Origin: a virus
Direction: 5' to 3' (one strand)
Length of the DNA: 37,873 nt
Virus record (IMG/VR): IMGVR_UViG_3300023504_000019
Span: 1 to 37,873 of that record
Within the stretch, counting starts at the first letter, position 1; each line of letters begins with the position of its first letter. The position numbers were made by a program, and so were the translations under genes. The notes under the pieces are model-generated. The model searched no databases. It was not told where the DNA came from and saw only the letters and a list, made by a program, of their open reading frames with translations. Below are positions 15,292 to 23,650 of the stretch, one piece after another.

Positions 15292-15332
15292 AAAACCACC
15301 CTTACAGGACCGTCTCGGCTGTGTAAGGGTGG
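15290..15332 (-). terminator. Rho-independent terminator after the primase-helicase gene
   Basis: 11-bp perfect stem CCACCCTTACA (15296-15306) / TGTAAGGGTGG (15322-15332), followed on the minus strand by TTTTTT (15295-15290). Confidence 0.75.
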
Positions 15333-15458
15333 AAAAATAATGAAAAGCATTCGACAAAATTAGTTTCATGCTGAGGACCTCCGTCCCCGTGAATTATCAA
15401 TAAATACTATATATCTCAATGGTGCTACAAAGATAATGCTTTATTCGGTATATGTATC

Positions 15459-17819
15459 CTATCTCCGCACAAACATTGTTTGCTTACCGTACAGTTTTAC
15501 GTTTCTCTGCTTGTCGGGTTTAAATCCCGCCCGTTTCAGCATGTTCGCTACCTGTTTAGCCCTTGCCACGTTGAAGTCGGTACGCTTGTTTCCTAAGCAT
15601 TCCACCCATATTTCGAAGGCACAAAAGCTGTCCCGTATCTCGGTTCCCTCCGGTTGCAATCCCACTCCGTTAACGAAATCCAAACGGTCGGCTACATACA
15701 TATCCTCCCAATTGGCGGGGAACTTGCGGTTAACGTATTCGAATACCAAACCTTCTTGCGGGTCCTTCTCGGTAAATTCTTCACGTTTACCGTTAGCTAT
15801 CTCCTCGGCTTCCGGTGACAGGATAAGACTTTCGCCGGCTTTATACAATTCTACCGCTTCCGCCCAAAGTTGGTCCACGATAACTTGAAATTCCGCTTTC
15901 CGTTTCGGATTCAGAAATATATCAGATGCCGGAACACGTCTCACAGGGACCGGAAAGAATCGGCGGCTTCCCGTGGGGTCCTTAAGGAAATCATCATTGT
16001 TGGTGGACCCAAAGAAAACACATTGCCGTCTGTGTGTCTTAACTCGCATCGCATATGCCGCCCTATAGGTATCCTCCGTTTTAGAGATGAAATTCTTCAT
16101 CGTCTCTATGTCGGTTTTCTTTAGGGCTGACAGTTCGGCAAGCTCCACAAGCCAAGACTTTTGTAGGGCTTCATAGGCTTTCGTGCCCTCCATCGAAACA
16201 AGCGAGTCGTTAAACCAACCGTTCGCAAGTTTCTGTATAAGAGTTGACTTACCTACGCCCTGCTCTGATACCATGATGAACGCCGTATCAAACTTTGTTC
16301 CCGGTTCGAAGATGCGGGCAACCGCCGCCACGAGCATTTTACGGAATGCCTCTGCCGTGTAAATGTTCTGTTCGGCACCCATGTAATCGTGCATGAACGT
16401 GTCTATTCTTGGAATAAAATCCCATTCCAAACCATTCAAATAGTCTTTAATCGGGTGGAAAGAATTCTCCAAAGCCAGTACTTCGATCACGTCGTTTAAC
16501 CTGTCTTTCGCATACAGGCGGTGAAGGCGTTCGATTCTACATTTGATAACAGCTACCCCGGTATCGTCCAGTACGTCACCTTTTACTTTCGTCTTGTCAA
16601 AGTACGGTGTGCGGGTATAAACCACCACGTCACGGAAAAGGTCATAAGCAAGTAACTTGTTCAATAACGGGTCAGACTTAAAGGCGTTGATAAAGTTAAC
16701 CGTCGTATTGGTCTTGTTACCTTTTGAGTCAAGGTCCCATTCGATTTCCGTTTCTTCCTCTGTCTCTGCAATGGCTTCGTCCGGAATTTCCTCGAAATCG
16801 CCTAGATAATCCTCTACGGCGGTTAGTTCCTTAACGACTTCCGAATCCTCATGTACTAGCTGATTCATTGCCGTCTCGCTCTCCTTCTTCCCCAAATGTC
16901 CGAACAAGTGAACACGTACCAAGTCATAAGCGTTGTATGTGTGTCCGTCTCCGATGGGGTCAGTTGAATGGTGGGAATAAGCGAATTTATCTTCATACAC
17001 TACCATTCCGGCGGCGGATGTTCCACCCTTGTATGTGTATCGGTCGTTACCGCATTCCTCGTAAACATCGGACAGATATTTTTCTATCGCTCCCTGTATG
17101 GTGTAAACGCGACAGAACGCACCGATTAATCCGGTCTTGGTTGTGGGGTCGGCTGATTCTTTGATGAGCGTTCTTACCGTTTGCTCTTCGCTGTCAGCGA
17201 ACGCCCATAGGCGAACGTCTTGCCAAGCCTCACCGCCTCCGTACAAGTCTAGGATGTAGTCTACATCCAGTGGTTCGCCTTCTTGCTGCTCGAAATAGAA
17301 TTGTTGGTCACAGGAAATGGTAGCCCAAAACATTAAACGCTCGGCTTGGAACGTAGTCGGGTCGAATAGTTCGATCCCCATTATTTCCGCCACTTTGCGT
17401 GAACAAGCCTCGTACTCTTCCCGTGTATCTATTTCCCTATTCAAAGGGATAATAAGGCGGAATCTACGCTTGTTCGGTCTATCGGAACGTGTACCATAGA
17501 TGGCTGCGGCGCAACCGAACTTGATAGAGAAATCGAAAAAGAAATCATCGTTCCCGTAGTCAACATCCAATGTGATAAGTGATCGTGATGTTACCGAATT
17601 CTTGGTGCGGCGACCTCCGGAAAGCGTGCCACCTACGAAACCGCCCTTGTCTTTGCGGATAGCCCTTTCCGACTTTGCTAGCAAATCATATTCTCTGACG
17701 GTTTCTGTATCCACCTTCGGCGTGGAAAGGATGCCTATCAGCTCATCCCATGTGTAAGACTTCCTTTTCCAATTCGTTGAACGGGCACCACCACCGACAG
17801 AGATATTGTATTTTTCCAT
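15459..17819 (-). CDS. Bifunctional primase-polymerase / VirE (D5-like SF3) helicase (786 aa)
   Basis: C-terminal P-loop MVSEQGVGKSTLIQKL and the VirE signature FFGSTNNDDFLKDPTGSRRFFPV. The N-terminal half has PrimPol-like acidic motifs (LITLDVDYG). Confidence 0.85.
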   Translation of the reverse strand: MEKYNISVGGGARSTNWKRKSYTWDELIGILSTPKVDTETVREYDLLAKSERAIRKDKGGFVGGTLSGGRRTKNSVTSRSLITLDVDYGNDDFFFDFSIKFGCAAAIYGTRSDRPNKRRFRLIIPLNREIDTREEYEACSRKVAEIMGIELFDPTTFQAERLMFWATISCDQQFYFEQQEGEPLDVDYILDLYGGGEAWQDVRLWAFADSEEQTVRTLIKESADPTTKTGLIGAFCRVYTIQGAIEKYLSDVYEECGNDRYTYKGGTSAAGMVVYEDKFAYSHHSTDPIGDGHTYNAYDLVRVHLFGHLGKKESETAMNQLVHEDSEVVKELTAVEDYLGDFEEIPDEAIAETEEETEIEWDLDSKGNKTNTTVNFINAFKSDPLLNKLLAYDLFRDVVVYTRTPYFDKTKVKGDVLDDTGVAVIKCRIERLHRLYAKDRLNDVIEVLALENSFHPIKDYLNGLEWDFIPRIDTFMHDYMGAEQNIYTAEAFRKMLVAAVARIFEPGTKFDTAFIMVSEQGVGKSTLIQKLANGWFNDSLVSMEGTKAYEALQKSWLVELAELSALKKTDIETMKNFISKTEDTYRAAYAMRVKTHRRQCVFFGSTNNDDFLKDPTGSRRFFPVPVRRVPASDIFLNPKRKAEFQVIVDQLWAEAVELYKAGESLILSPEAEEIANGKREEFTEKDPQEGLVFEYVNRKFPANWEDMYVADRLDFVNGVGLQPEGTEIRDSFCAFEIWVECLGNKRTDFNVARAKQVANMLKRAGFKPDKQRNVKLYGKQTMFVRR

Positions 17820-17830
17820 AACTAAATTAT

Positions 17831-19843
17831 TTAATCGTCCTTTTTATAATAGTAACTTTCGAAGCCTTCGGCGTTTAAAGGTATATCGAAAACCTTTGCC
17901 CAATCCGGTAAAATGCACATCGCAATACACACATCATCGAGGCTTGGACCGCCATCCTCCAATACTTCGGCTATCAGTTCATCGTGGATGTGCCCGACAA
18001 TTCCTCCGTAGTGGGGGTCCAAAGATAATACATTTTTCAATGCGGACGCCATAAGATCACGTGAAACTGCTTGAATTAAATTTTCGGTCAGCTTTCCGCC
18101 GTATGTATCCAACTCGCACCAAGCTCCCACGGGATGCCCTTTATCGGCTGTTCCGGCGATTCCGTAGTAACATATAGCCTCTACTTCCCTTGTGTCCCCA
18201 TTGGGGTATCTGATGGTCTTTGGCTTGATTGAGGCGAACGGATAATGCAGGGAACGACCGGACGGTAAGCGAACGCCCAACGTATTAAACTGTGGAATCC
18301 AGTAAAAGGTGCAAACCTTGCGACCTGCTATTATTACAGGAACTTCCCGTTTTGCAAGGATGGCACGCTTTGCCGAATTTTCTAGGGTGCGCCATAATGC
18401 CACGATGTTGGGGGATGCGTCCCTCCATTTTAAGATAATTCCTTTAATATCCTCTTCGGGGATAGCTCCCTTTTTATCCATTATCTTGATAGCTGATACC
18501 CATCCGCCGTACCCTAGTGCTAGCTCGGTTACCTTACCCTGTTGGCGGTACGGCGAATGTTTGTCAATCTTGGATTCATCTAAACCGAACGTTCTTGCGG
18601 CTGATGTTATGTAGATATCTCCACCCCTACGGAATGTTTCGACACGCCATTCTTCATTGGCTAGACAAGCGATTACACGGGCTTCAATCGCCGAGAAGTC
18701 AGCCACCTTAAACTTGTACCCCTTGCGGGCAATGAACGCCGTACGCAACAACTGAGATAGCAAATAAGGGATGTTATCGTAGAATAACAGTAAGTCGTCT
18801 AGTTCCATGCTCTTAACAGCTTCTCGTGCCGCCTCTAGTTCTTCCACCGTTTTAAAATGGTTCTTAGCTAGGTTCTGCATTTGGACCATGCGGCCCGCCC
18901 ATCGTCCGGTACGGTTAGCTCCGTAGAATCGGAACAAGCCCTTAACGCTACCATCCCGGCAAACACAGTCGAGCATCGCACCGAACTTGGTTACGGATGT
19001 CTTGTACACGATTTTGCGTGCCTCTAGTACCTTCGTTACATCTTCGTTATCACATTCTTTGATGATACCGTCTACTGTGTCTTTGTTGATGGAATCGAAA
19101 TGTTTCCCGGTAAGTTTAAGGATGAACGCATCTATCTGCTTGGATGACTTTAGGGAAGTTATTCCGAATTCCTTCTCGATTTCGCTTTCGATCCTGTGGA
19201 TGTACTCGTCAAACAGTATTTTTGCTTTTGATGCCAAATGGATGTCTATCCGACTACCACGGTCGTTAATTTCTTGGTCAACGCCGTAGTTTATGATTTC
19301 CGCCTCCGGTATTTCGATATGGCGCAATTTGCTTTCGATCTCCCTCTCTGATAGGATATCATACTTTAAGTACTCCTTGAAAGCCTCCCATTTTTCCGGG
19401 TAATCTTCCGGGTAAATGCGTTTTCCTTTTGCTTGTGGAAGGCAAAACAGTTTGATAAGATTCAGACCAGTGTCTAATTTCCCGTCGGTTAGCTTCATCG
19501 CTTTAGACACTTTGCCTAATGATTCGGGGAATCCTGCATACAAGGACAGGGTAGCCGTACAACGGAACTTCGTAGCCGGGATGTCATAACCGTATTTACG
19601 GAGACAAAGACGTTCAAATGTGGCGTTGTGGGCATATATAAGGGTATCAGATGCTGTCACCAGTTCGAAGAACTCCGTAGTATCCTCGTACTGTGTAAGG
19701 TCGATCTCGTGGACCTCTCCATCATCAATGGCGTAACCGATAAGCAATATTTCGAAAGCGTCCGATTCGGTGTACTTGTACATGCCACCTTTTTTGATGT
19801 CTACATCGGAAAATGTTTCGAAGTCAATAAATACTTTTCTCAT
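17831..19843 (-). CDS. Family A DNA polymerase with 3'-5' exonuclease domain (670 aa); no 5'-3' exonuclease domain
   Basis: Exo I FIDFETFS. Pol motif A KVADFSAIEARVIA, motif B RQQGKVTELALGYGG, motif C GHIHDELIAEV. Confidence 0.9.
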   Translation of the reverse strand: MRKVFIDFETFSDVDIKKGGMYKYTESDAFEILLIGYAIDDGEVHEIDLTQYEDTTEFFELVTASDTLIYAHNATFERLCLRKYGYDIPATKFRCTATLSLYAGFPESLGKVSKAMKLTDGKLDTGLNLIKLFCLPQAKGKRIYPEDYPEKWEAFKEYLKYDILSEREIESKLRHIEIPEAEIINYGVDQEINDRGSRIDIHLASKAKILFDEYIHRIESEIEKEFGITSLKSSKQIDAFILKLTGKHFDSINKDTVDGIIKECDNEDVTKVLEARKIVYKTSVTKFGAMLDCVCRDGSVKGLFRFYGANRTGRWAGRMVQMQNLAKNHFKTVEELEAAREAVKSMELDDLLLFYDNIPYLLSQLLRTAFIARKGYKFKVADFSAIEARVIACLANEEWRVETFRRGGDIYITSAARTFGLDESKIDKHSPYRQQGKVTELALGYGGWVSAIKIMDKKGAIPEEDIKGIILKWRDASPNIVALWRTLENSAKRAILAKREVPVIIAGRKVCTFYWIPQFNTLGVRLPSGRSLHYPFASIKPKTIRYPNGDTREVEAICYYGIAGTADKGHPVGAWCELDTYGGKLTENLIQAVSRDLMASALKNVLSLDPHYGGIVGHIHDELIAEVLEDGGPSLDDVCIAMCILPDWAKVFDIPLNAEGFESYYYKKDD

Positions 19844-19863
19844 GATTCTTTTTTATTTTTAAT

Positions 19864-19897
19864 TAAAAAGGGTGGCGTGCTTCTACTCACACCACCC
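19864..19897 (-). terminator. Terminator/attenuator between the SSB-like gene and the polymerase
   Basis: Stem GGGTGGCGTG (19870-19879) / CACACCACCC (19888-19897) with one C/A mismatch, followed on the minus strand by TTTTTAATT. It ends about 20 nt upstream of the polymerase ATG at 19843. Confidence 0.6.
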
Positions 19898-19995
19898 TCT
19901 GCACACTTGTTACTTATTGGTTGTTAAATAATAAAATGGATTAAATAAAATGGGTGACCCTCTTTTGGTTAGGCGTGGTCTATTCCTATTTTATG

Positions 19996-20562
19996 TTATT
20001 GCAATAACGGGTCATCTCCGTCTTCCGATTCATCGTCGAAATCATCTTCCACGTTTCCGGCGCCGCCTCCGAATGCGGTATCATCTTTCACCTTCTGCAA
20101 ACCGTTCAGACCGAATGAAATTCCCTTTCCGGCGGCATTGTCATAGACATAGGCATCAATCGAGGCAACTCCCCAAGAACCGGAATAGATTTGTTCTTTC
20201 TTTGTCAACGGCTGTTTGAACTTGTCAAGTAATAGCGGCTGTCCGTCTTTTTCTTTGCGGTAAGCGGAGATCATGATATAACCGAAGTTTTCGCTATGTG
20301 CCGTATCGTCACCGTCTTTGATAGGATTCCACTTTTCTCCGGCTGCTCCGGTTGTGGGGATGTTGAATTTCGGATGCTCGGCTTTATATTCATCCTGCAA
20401 CTCCTTGATAGTGCGGTTTACTTTGGCAATCTGTCCCTTGTCAGACTTCGGAATGAGCAGTGTTACTTCGTAACGAGGATTACCACTGTTGAATGCGTCT
20501 CTTGCTTCAAATACCCGTACCCATGAAAAGCGTACATTTTTTAAAACTAATTTTTTTCCCAT
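19996..20562 (-). CDS. DUF2815-type single-stranded DNA-binding-like protein (188 aa)
   Basis: The N-terminus KLVLKNVRFSWVRVFEA and the acidic C-terminal tail (DDFDDESEDGDDPLLQ) are typical of this family. It sits in the conserved position between the DUF2800 nuclease and PolA. Confidence 0.7.
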   Translation of the reverse strand: MGKKLVLKNVRFSWVRVFEARDAFNSGNPRYEVTLLIPKSDKGQIAKVNRTIKELQDEYKAEHPKFNIPTTGAAGEKWNPIKDGDDTAHSENFGYIMISAYRKEKDGQPLLLDKFKQPLTKKEQIYSGSWGVASIDAYVYDNAAGKGISFGLNGLQKVKDDTAFGGGAGNVEDDFDDESEDGDDPLLQ

Positions 20563-20611
20563 AATCGTAAATTTTTAAATTTGTTGTTATTACTGTTTCT
20601 TTAAGACTCTG

Positions 20612-20672
20612 CAAATATATGACAAGTTTTTGATACTTCCAAATTTTGACAAAACTGTTAACGTTGATTAAC
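20612..20672 (-). promoter_or_regulatory. Promoter cassette P3 (Bacteroidota type)
   Basis: Minus strand: TTTG (20643-20640), 20 nt, TATATTTG (20619-20612). The upstream block GTTAATCAACGTTAACAGTTTTGTCAAAATTTGG overlaps the stop of the nuclease gene. Confidence 0.65.
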
Positions 20673-21840
20673 TTTCGATGTCGAAATCACTTGATACATC
20701 ATAGTCCTTACCGGGGTGACTGTCCGGGACAAGTTTAGGTGCACCGGGCTGAGACTTAACGTATTCACCCAATTTGGCGGTGAAAACCTTCTTTCCCACT
20801 AGCTTCTCTAGGTCGGTGATCCCTTTCAGACTGATGTTCAGCACTTCGTCTTCTAGGTATTCTTTTAGAAGGATGTTACGCACCTTATCGGGGTCTACTA
20901 TCTTCCGGGCTGTCCGTCCCTCAACTAGCTTGTACCCTTCCCACTTCTTTCCCCTCATAGCCTCGCTATATGCGTATTGGTTGAGAGATTCAAGCCACGA
21001 CTTATACCTATCCAGTTTACCAAGCATATCGACAATTTCCTCATCAGTCATAACCAATGTGTCGGGATGTTCTTCGAAGTCACGGGCTATCTCATCCTTT
21101 TGCGCTCGGCATGTGGCTTTCACCGGGCAAAACTGGCACCAACTTCCTACCACCTGCTTTCCCTTTCCTTCGAACGCTAGCTTGGCTTTAGGCTGCAATA
21201 TCTTCGTAGCCCATTCTAGCAGATCGGGGACCGACATTTCGATAGTATCGTAGTGGTGTAATCTAGGCTGTCCCACTGACATACGAACGTACTTGATACT
21301 TCCATTGTTGAACTTGGCAAGCGCACCAAGTGCGTACATTTTGAACTGTGGGCTTTCCGCCGGGACCTTCACCCCTTTTCCATACTTAAGGTCTATGATG
21401 TGCAAAATAGAAGAGGATAACAGTGTAACATCGGCACTACCGAACGATTCCGGTGCAAACTTAGAGATATCTAGCTTTTCCTCTAGGTGTGTTGCCACTG
21501 GTCCTCCAAGCGGTCCTTTCTGCATCTCGTAGAATTCTCCCGCCACGAAGTTAACGTATTCGCCTACCGCATCTCTCATTTCCTCTGAGAAGTACTTGTT
21601 TTTGGCTATTTCATCCGGGACGGGCATCTCGTCGCATTCGGGGTAAAACGTTCCATTTATCCAACTTTTCAGCGCATATTCAGCCAATTCGTGCGCTGTC
21701 GTGCCTTCCTCGGCGTATTCGCTTGTCTTGCTTCCGGCGGCTTCCGCTAGGCGTGCGGACGGCGTGCAATTAAGCCAACGCTCGGAGGATGAAGGGGACA
21801 AAACAGCGTGTCCCCTTTCGGAATGGTTTATGCTTGACAT
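20668..21840 (-). CDS. DUF2800-type PD-(D/E)XK (Cas4-like) nuclease (390 aa)
   Basis: N-terminal HAVLSPSSSERWLNCTPS. Catalytic-like core ILHIIDLKYGKG. C-terminal cysteine cluster CQFCPVKATC, consistent with a Cas4-type Fe-S site together with the N-terminal Cys. Confidence 0.8.
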   Translation of the reverse strand: MSSINHSERGHAVLSPSSSERWLNCTPSARLAEAAGSKTSEYAEEGTTAHELAEYALKSWINGTFYPECDEMPVPDEIAKNKYFSEEMRDAVGEYVNFVAGEFYEMQKGPLGGPVATHLEEKLDISKFAPESFGSADVTLLSSSILHIIDLKYGKGVKVPAESPQFKMYALGALAKFNNGSIKYVRMSVGQPRLHHYDTIEMSVPDLLEWATKILQPKAKLAFEGKGKQVVGSWCQFCPVKATCRAQKDEIARDFEEHPDTLVMTDEEIVDMLGKLDRYKSWLESLNQYAYSEAMRGKKWEGYKLVEGRTARKIVDPDKVRNILLKEYLEDEVLNISLKGITDLEKLVGKKVFTAKLGEYVKSQPGAPKLVPDSHPGKDYDVSSDFDIES

Positions 21841-22580
21841 ATCAATTCGTAAAAGTCGTTATAACGCTCTGATTGCAATGTCCCAAAGTTAGTCGCTCCA
21901 CATTCGGCGAATGCGTCCGCAACGGCTTGACGCTTTTTCAATCGGATTAACTCGGTCGCTTTCTCTCTCAGCATCTCGATCGTCACTTCCGGAAAATCTT
22001 CGGCGGGTGCTGCTTTTTCCGGAACTTCTTCTGCTTCCTGTGGTTCAATAGCTTGCGTCTGTGGTGCGTTCTCTTCCTCTGCTACCGTTTCTTCTTCTTT
22101 GGCCTCGGCGTTAATAGCGGACAGCAATAAGCCCCTCAATTTGGCGTTCGTATTCTTACCGGGACGTTCCGCCGGATCAATATTGAAATGCCCAGTTAGG
22201 ATGTCATAAAGCACCTGTGTAGGAACGGCTTTCATTTCTTCCTCAGACATTGCACAAACGGCGTCTACCGTGTGATAAGTCAAGTCATCTCCCGGTGCTT
22301 CCGGTGCTTCTTCCCCTTTCACCTGTGTAGCTTCCACTACCTTGTTAGCTAAAGCCGCTACCTTTTCCTCGTGGGTGATTTCTTCCTCTACCACTTCGGT
22401 GGGTGCCTTCTTGCTTTCCAAGATTATCGCTTTCCCTGTCGGTACTTCCTTCGGTGTTTCTCCAAAGGTGGGGAAACCGTTCGCTTGGTTACGTTCGTTC
22501 GCCAGTGCGAGAAGAAAATCTGAGGCACATTTCATCTCATTACCTAAACTCTGCTCGTCAATGCTAATCGTTACTTTCAT
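21828..22580 (-). CDS. Highly acidic early protein (250 aa)
   Basis: Long Glu/Pro/Ala-rich tracts (EEAPEAPGDD, AKEEETVAEEENAPQTQAIEPQEAEEVPEKAAPAED). Third gene of the first early transcription unit. No family recognised. Confidence 0.5.
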   Translation of the reverse strand: MKVTISIDEQSLGNEMKCASDFLLALANERNQANGFPTFGETPKEVPTGKAIILESKKAPTEVVEEEITHEEKVAALANKVVEATQVKGEEAPEAPGDDLTYHTVDAVCAMSEEEMKAVPTQVLYDILTGHFNIDPAERPGKNTNAKLRGLLLSAINAEAKEEETVAEEENAPQTQAIEPQEAEEVPEKAAPAEDFPEVTIEMLREKATELIRLKKRQAVADAFAECGATNFGTLQSERYNDFYELICQA

Positions 22581-22582
22581 GA

Positions 22583-22768
22583 TTACTGTTTTTTAAATGT
22601 TAAATATTTGTTAGTTATCTCGTTCTCGTCTACGCGAATCTTCCCCTGTTGGTTCTTATACTCGCTTAAATGACCTTGCCTAATTTTGTACCGGATGGCA
22701 TTTTCCGTTAGCCCTATCATATGGGCTGCTTCGCTGATTCTAATCAACTTTGGTTTTACTTCTTCCAT
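22583..22768 (-). CDS. Small helix-turn-helix DNA-binding protein, MerR/excisionase-like (61 aa)
   Basis: LIRISEAAHMIGLTENAIRYKIRQGHL fits the HTH_17/Xis-type motif. Confidence 0.6.
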   Translation of the reverse strand: MEEVKPKLIRISEAAHMIGLTENAIRYKIRQGHLSEYKNQQGKIRVDENEITNKYLTFKKQ

Positions 22769-22770
22769 TT

Positions 22771-23076
22771 TTAAAAATTCTTAGATTTGTGAAACGTACT
22801 CAAAAAATCTTTGTAAGCCATCTCCACCGCTCCGGCGTAAACCGAACGATACTTGTTAGCTGTCGGATAGATGAACGCACGAATTTTAAATTCAAACTTT
22901 TCTCCGCCGTCCTCCCTCGCTAGCTTTTCACGAAATAACTCTTCGGTCGTTAGCCGAAACGGTGAACTGAACTTGTTATATACGTCTGTGGCTTTTAATT
23001 GCGTGTTGATGTGCAACCAAGCCTCGTCATAATAAAATTTCTCTAGCTTGCAAAGATTAACTCTCTCTTTTCTCAT
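22771..23076 (-). CDS. Hypothetical first early protein (101 aa from MRKERVNL)
   Basis: Track ORF 22771..23094 begins at a TTG. The first ATG is at 23076. Confidence 0.45.
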   Translation of the reverse strand: MRKERVNLCKLEKFYYDEAWLHINTQLKATDVYNKFSSPFRLTTEELFREKLAREDGGEKFEFKIRAFIYPTANKYRSVYAGAVEMAYKDFLSTFHKSKNF

Positions 23077-23174
23077 AACTTGATTGTTTTGCAAATGACC
23101 CGTGAACGCTCGTATCGTTACTTTTGTGTCACCTCGGAGTGTTGATGACCCGTTTCATTTGTAATTCGATGCTG

Positions 23175-23235
23175 CAAAGATACTGCTTTTATTTGAATCT
23201 GCAACAATTTGGGCAAAAGAAATCGTATCATTAAC
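23175..23235 (-). promoter_or_regulatory. Promoter cassette P4 (diverged copy), first early promoter
   Basis: The -7 box TATCTTTG (23182-23175) is exact. The -33 region is only near-consensus (ATTG/TTGT). The upstream block GTTAATGATACGATTTCTTTTGCCCAAATTGTTGCAGA aligns with P1-P3. Confidence 0.5.
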
Positions 23236-23259
23236 TTTTCTTAGCTATTCGGGGTGATT

Positions 23260-23650
23260 TTGAGGCGTGGATAGATAACTATCCGTTTAAAGCCTATGAT
23301 TACTAGCGAGTTACGTAATGGGTGGATAGATTAAAAAGTCTTAAAATCATTGTAACTTGCTGCAAATCAGTGATTTATGGAAAAGTGGATAGATTGCTGC
23401 AAACTTCTCAAGAGTATAACGTAAAAGTGTGTATGTTGATTGATAAATTATCTACACAAGCTAAAAATACACACTATAAAAGTTTTCTCATATATACATG
23501 GAAATTACCTATCACATCTATCCATATTAGTATAAATGCCTTAAGATTAGTGAGTTACGAGGATAGGTGAAAAAGTGTTTCCTATCTGTATAAATGTTAA
23601 ATCCCTGCAAATCAATGACTTACAGGGATAGATTTATGGATAGGTTAATT
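23260..23650. repeat. Iteron-rich non-coding module B, paralogous to module A
   Basis: GGATAGAT at 23269-23276, 23324-23331, 23387-23394 and 23626-23633. GGATAGG at 23561-23567 and 23638-23644. Reverse copies CTATCC at 23279-23284, CCTATC at 23508-23513 and 23581-23586, ATCTATCC at 23516-23523. Palindrome GGATAG-ataa-CTATCC at 23269-23284. Confidence 0.8.

Noticed and set aside
15337-15458. 29-aa ORF (MKLILSNAFHYF...) in the primase 3' UTR
   Set aside because: It would read straight through the terminator hairpin and shows no coupling or conservation cues.
15436-15888. Plus-strand ORFs of 100-160 aa antisense to primase, nuclease, tape measure and the tip protein (15436..15888, 20774..21253, 31006..31407, 33977..34384 and similar)
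   Set aside because: All lie inside strongly supported minus-strand genes. They have Ser/Leu/Arg-biased composition characteristic of antisense frames. None is flanked by promoter-like sequence on the plus strand.
22583-22768. Excisionase call as evidence for a temperate lifestyle
   Set aside because: The Xis/MerR-like HTH fold is widespread among small phage regulators. Without an integrase or att site it does not support lysogeny.
23322-23570. 82-aa plus-strand ORF in module B
   Set aside because: It starts at the GTG of an iteron (GTGGATAGAT) and spans the AT-rich spacer. It has no supporting signals and is most likely a chance ORF in AT-rich sequence.
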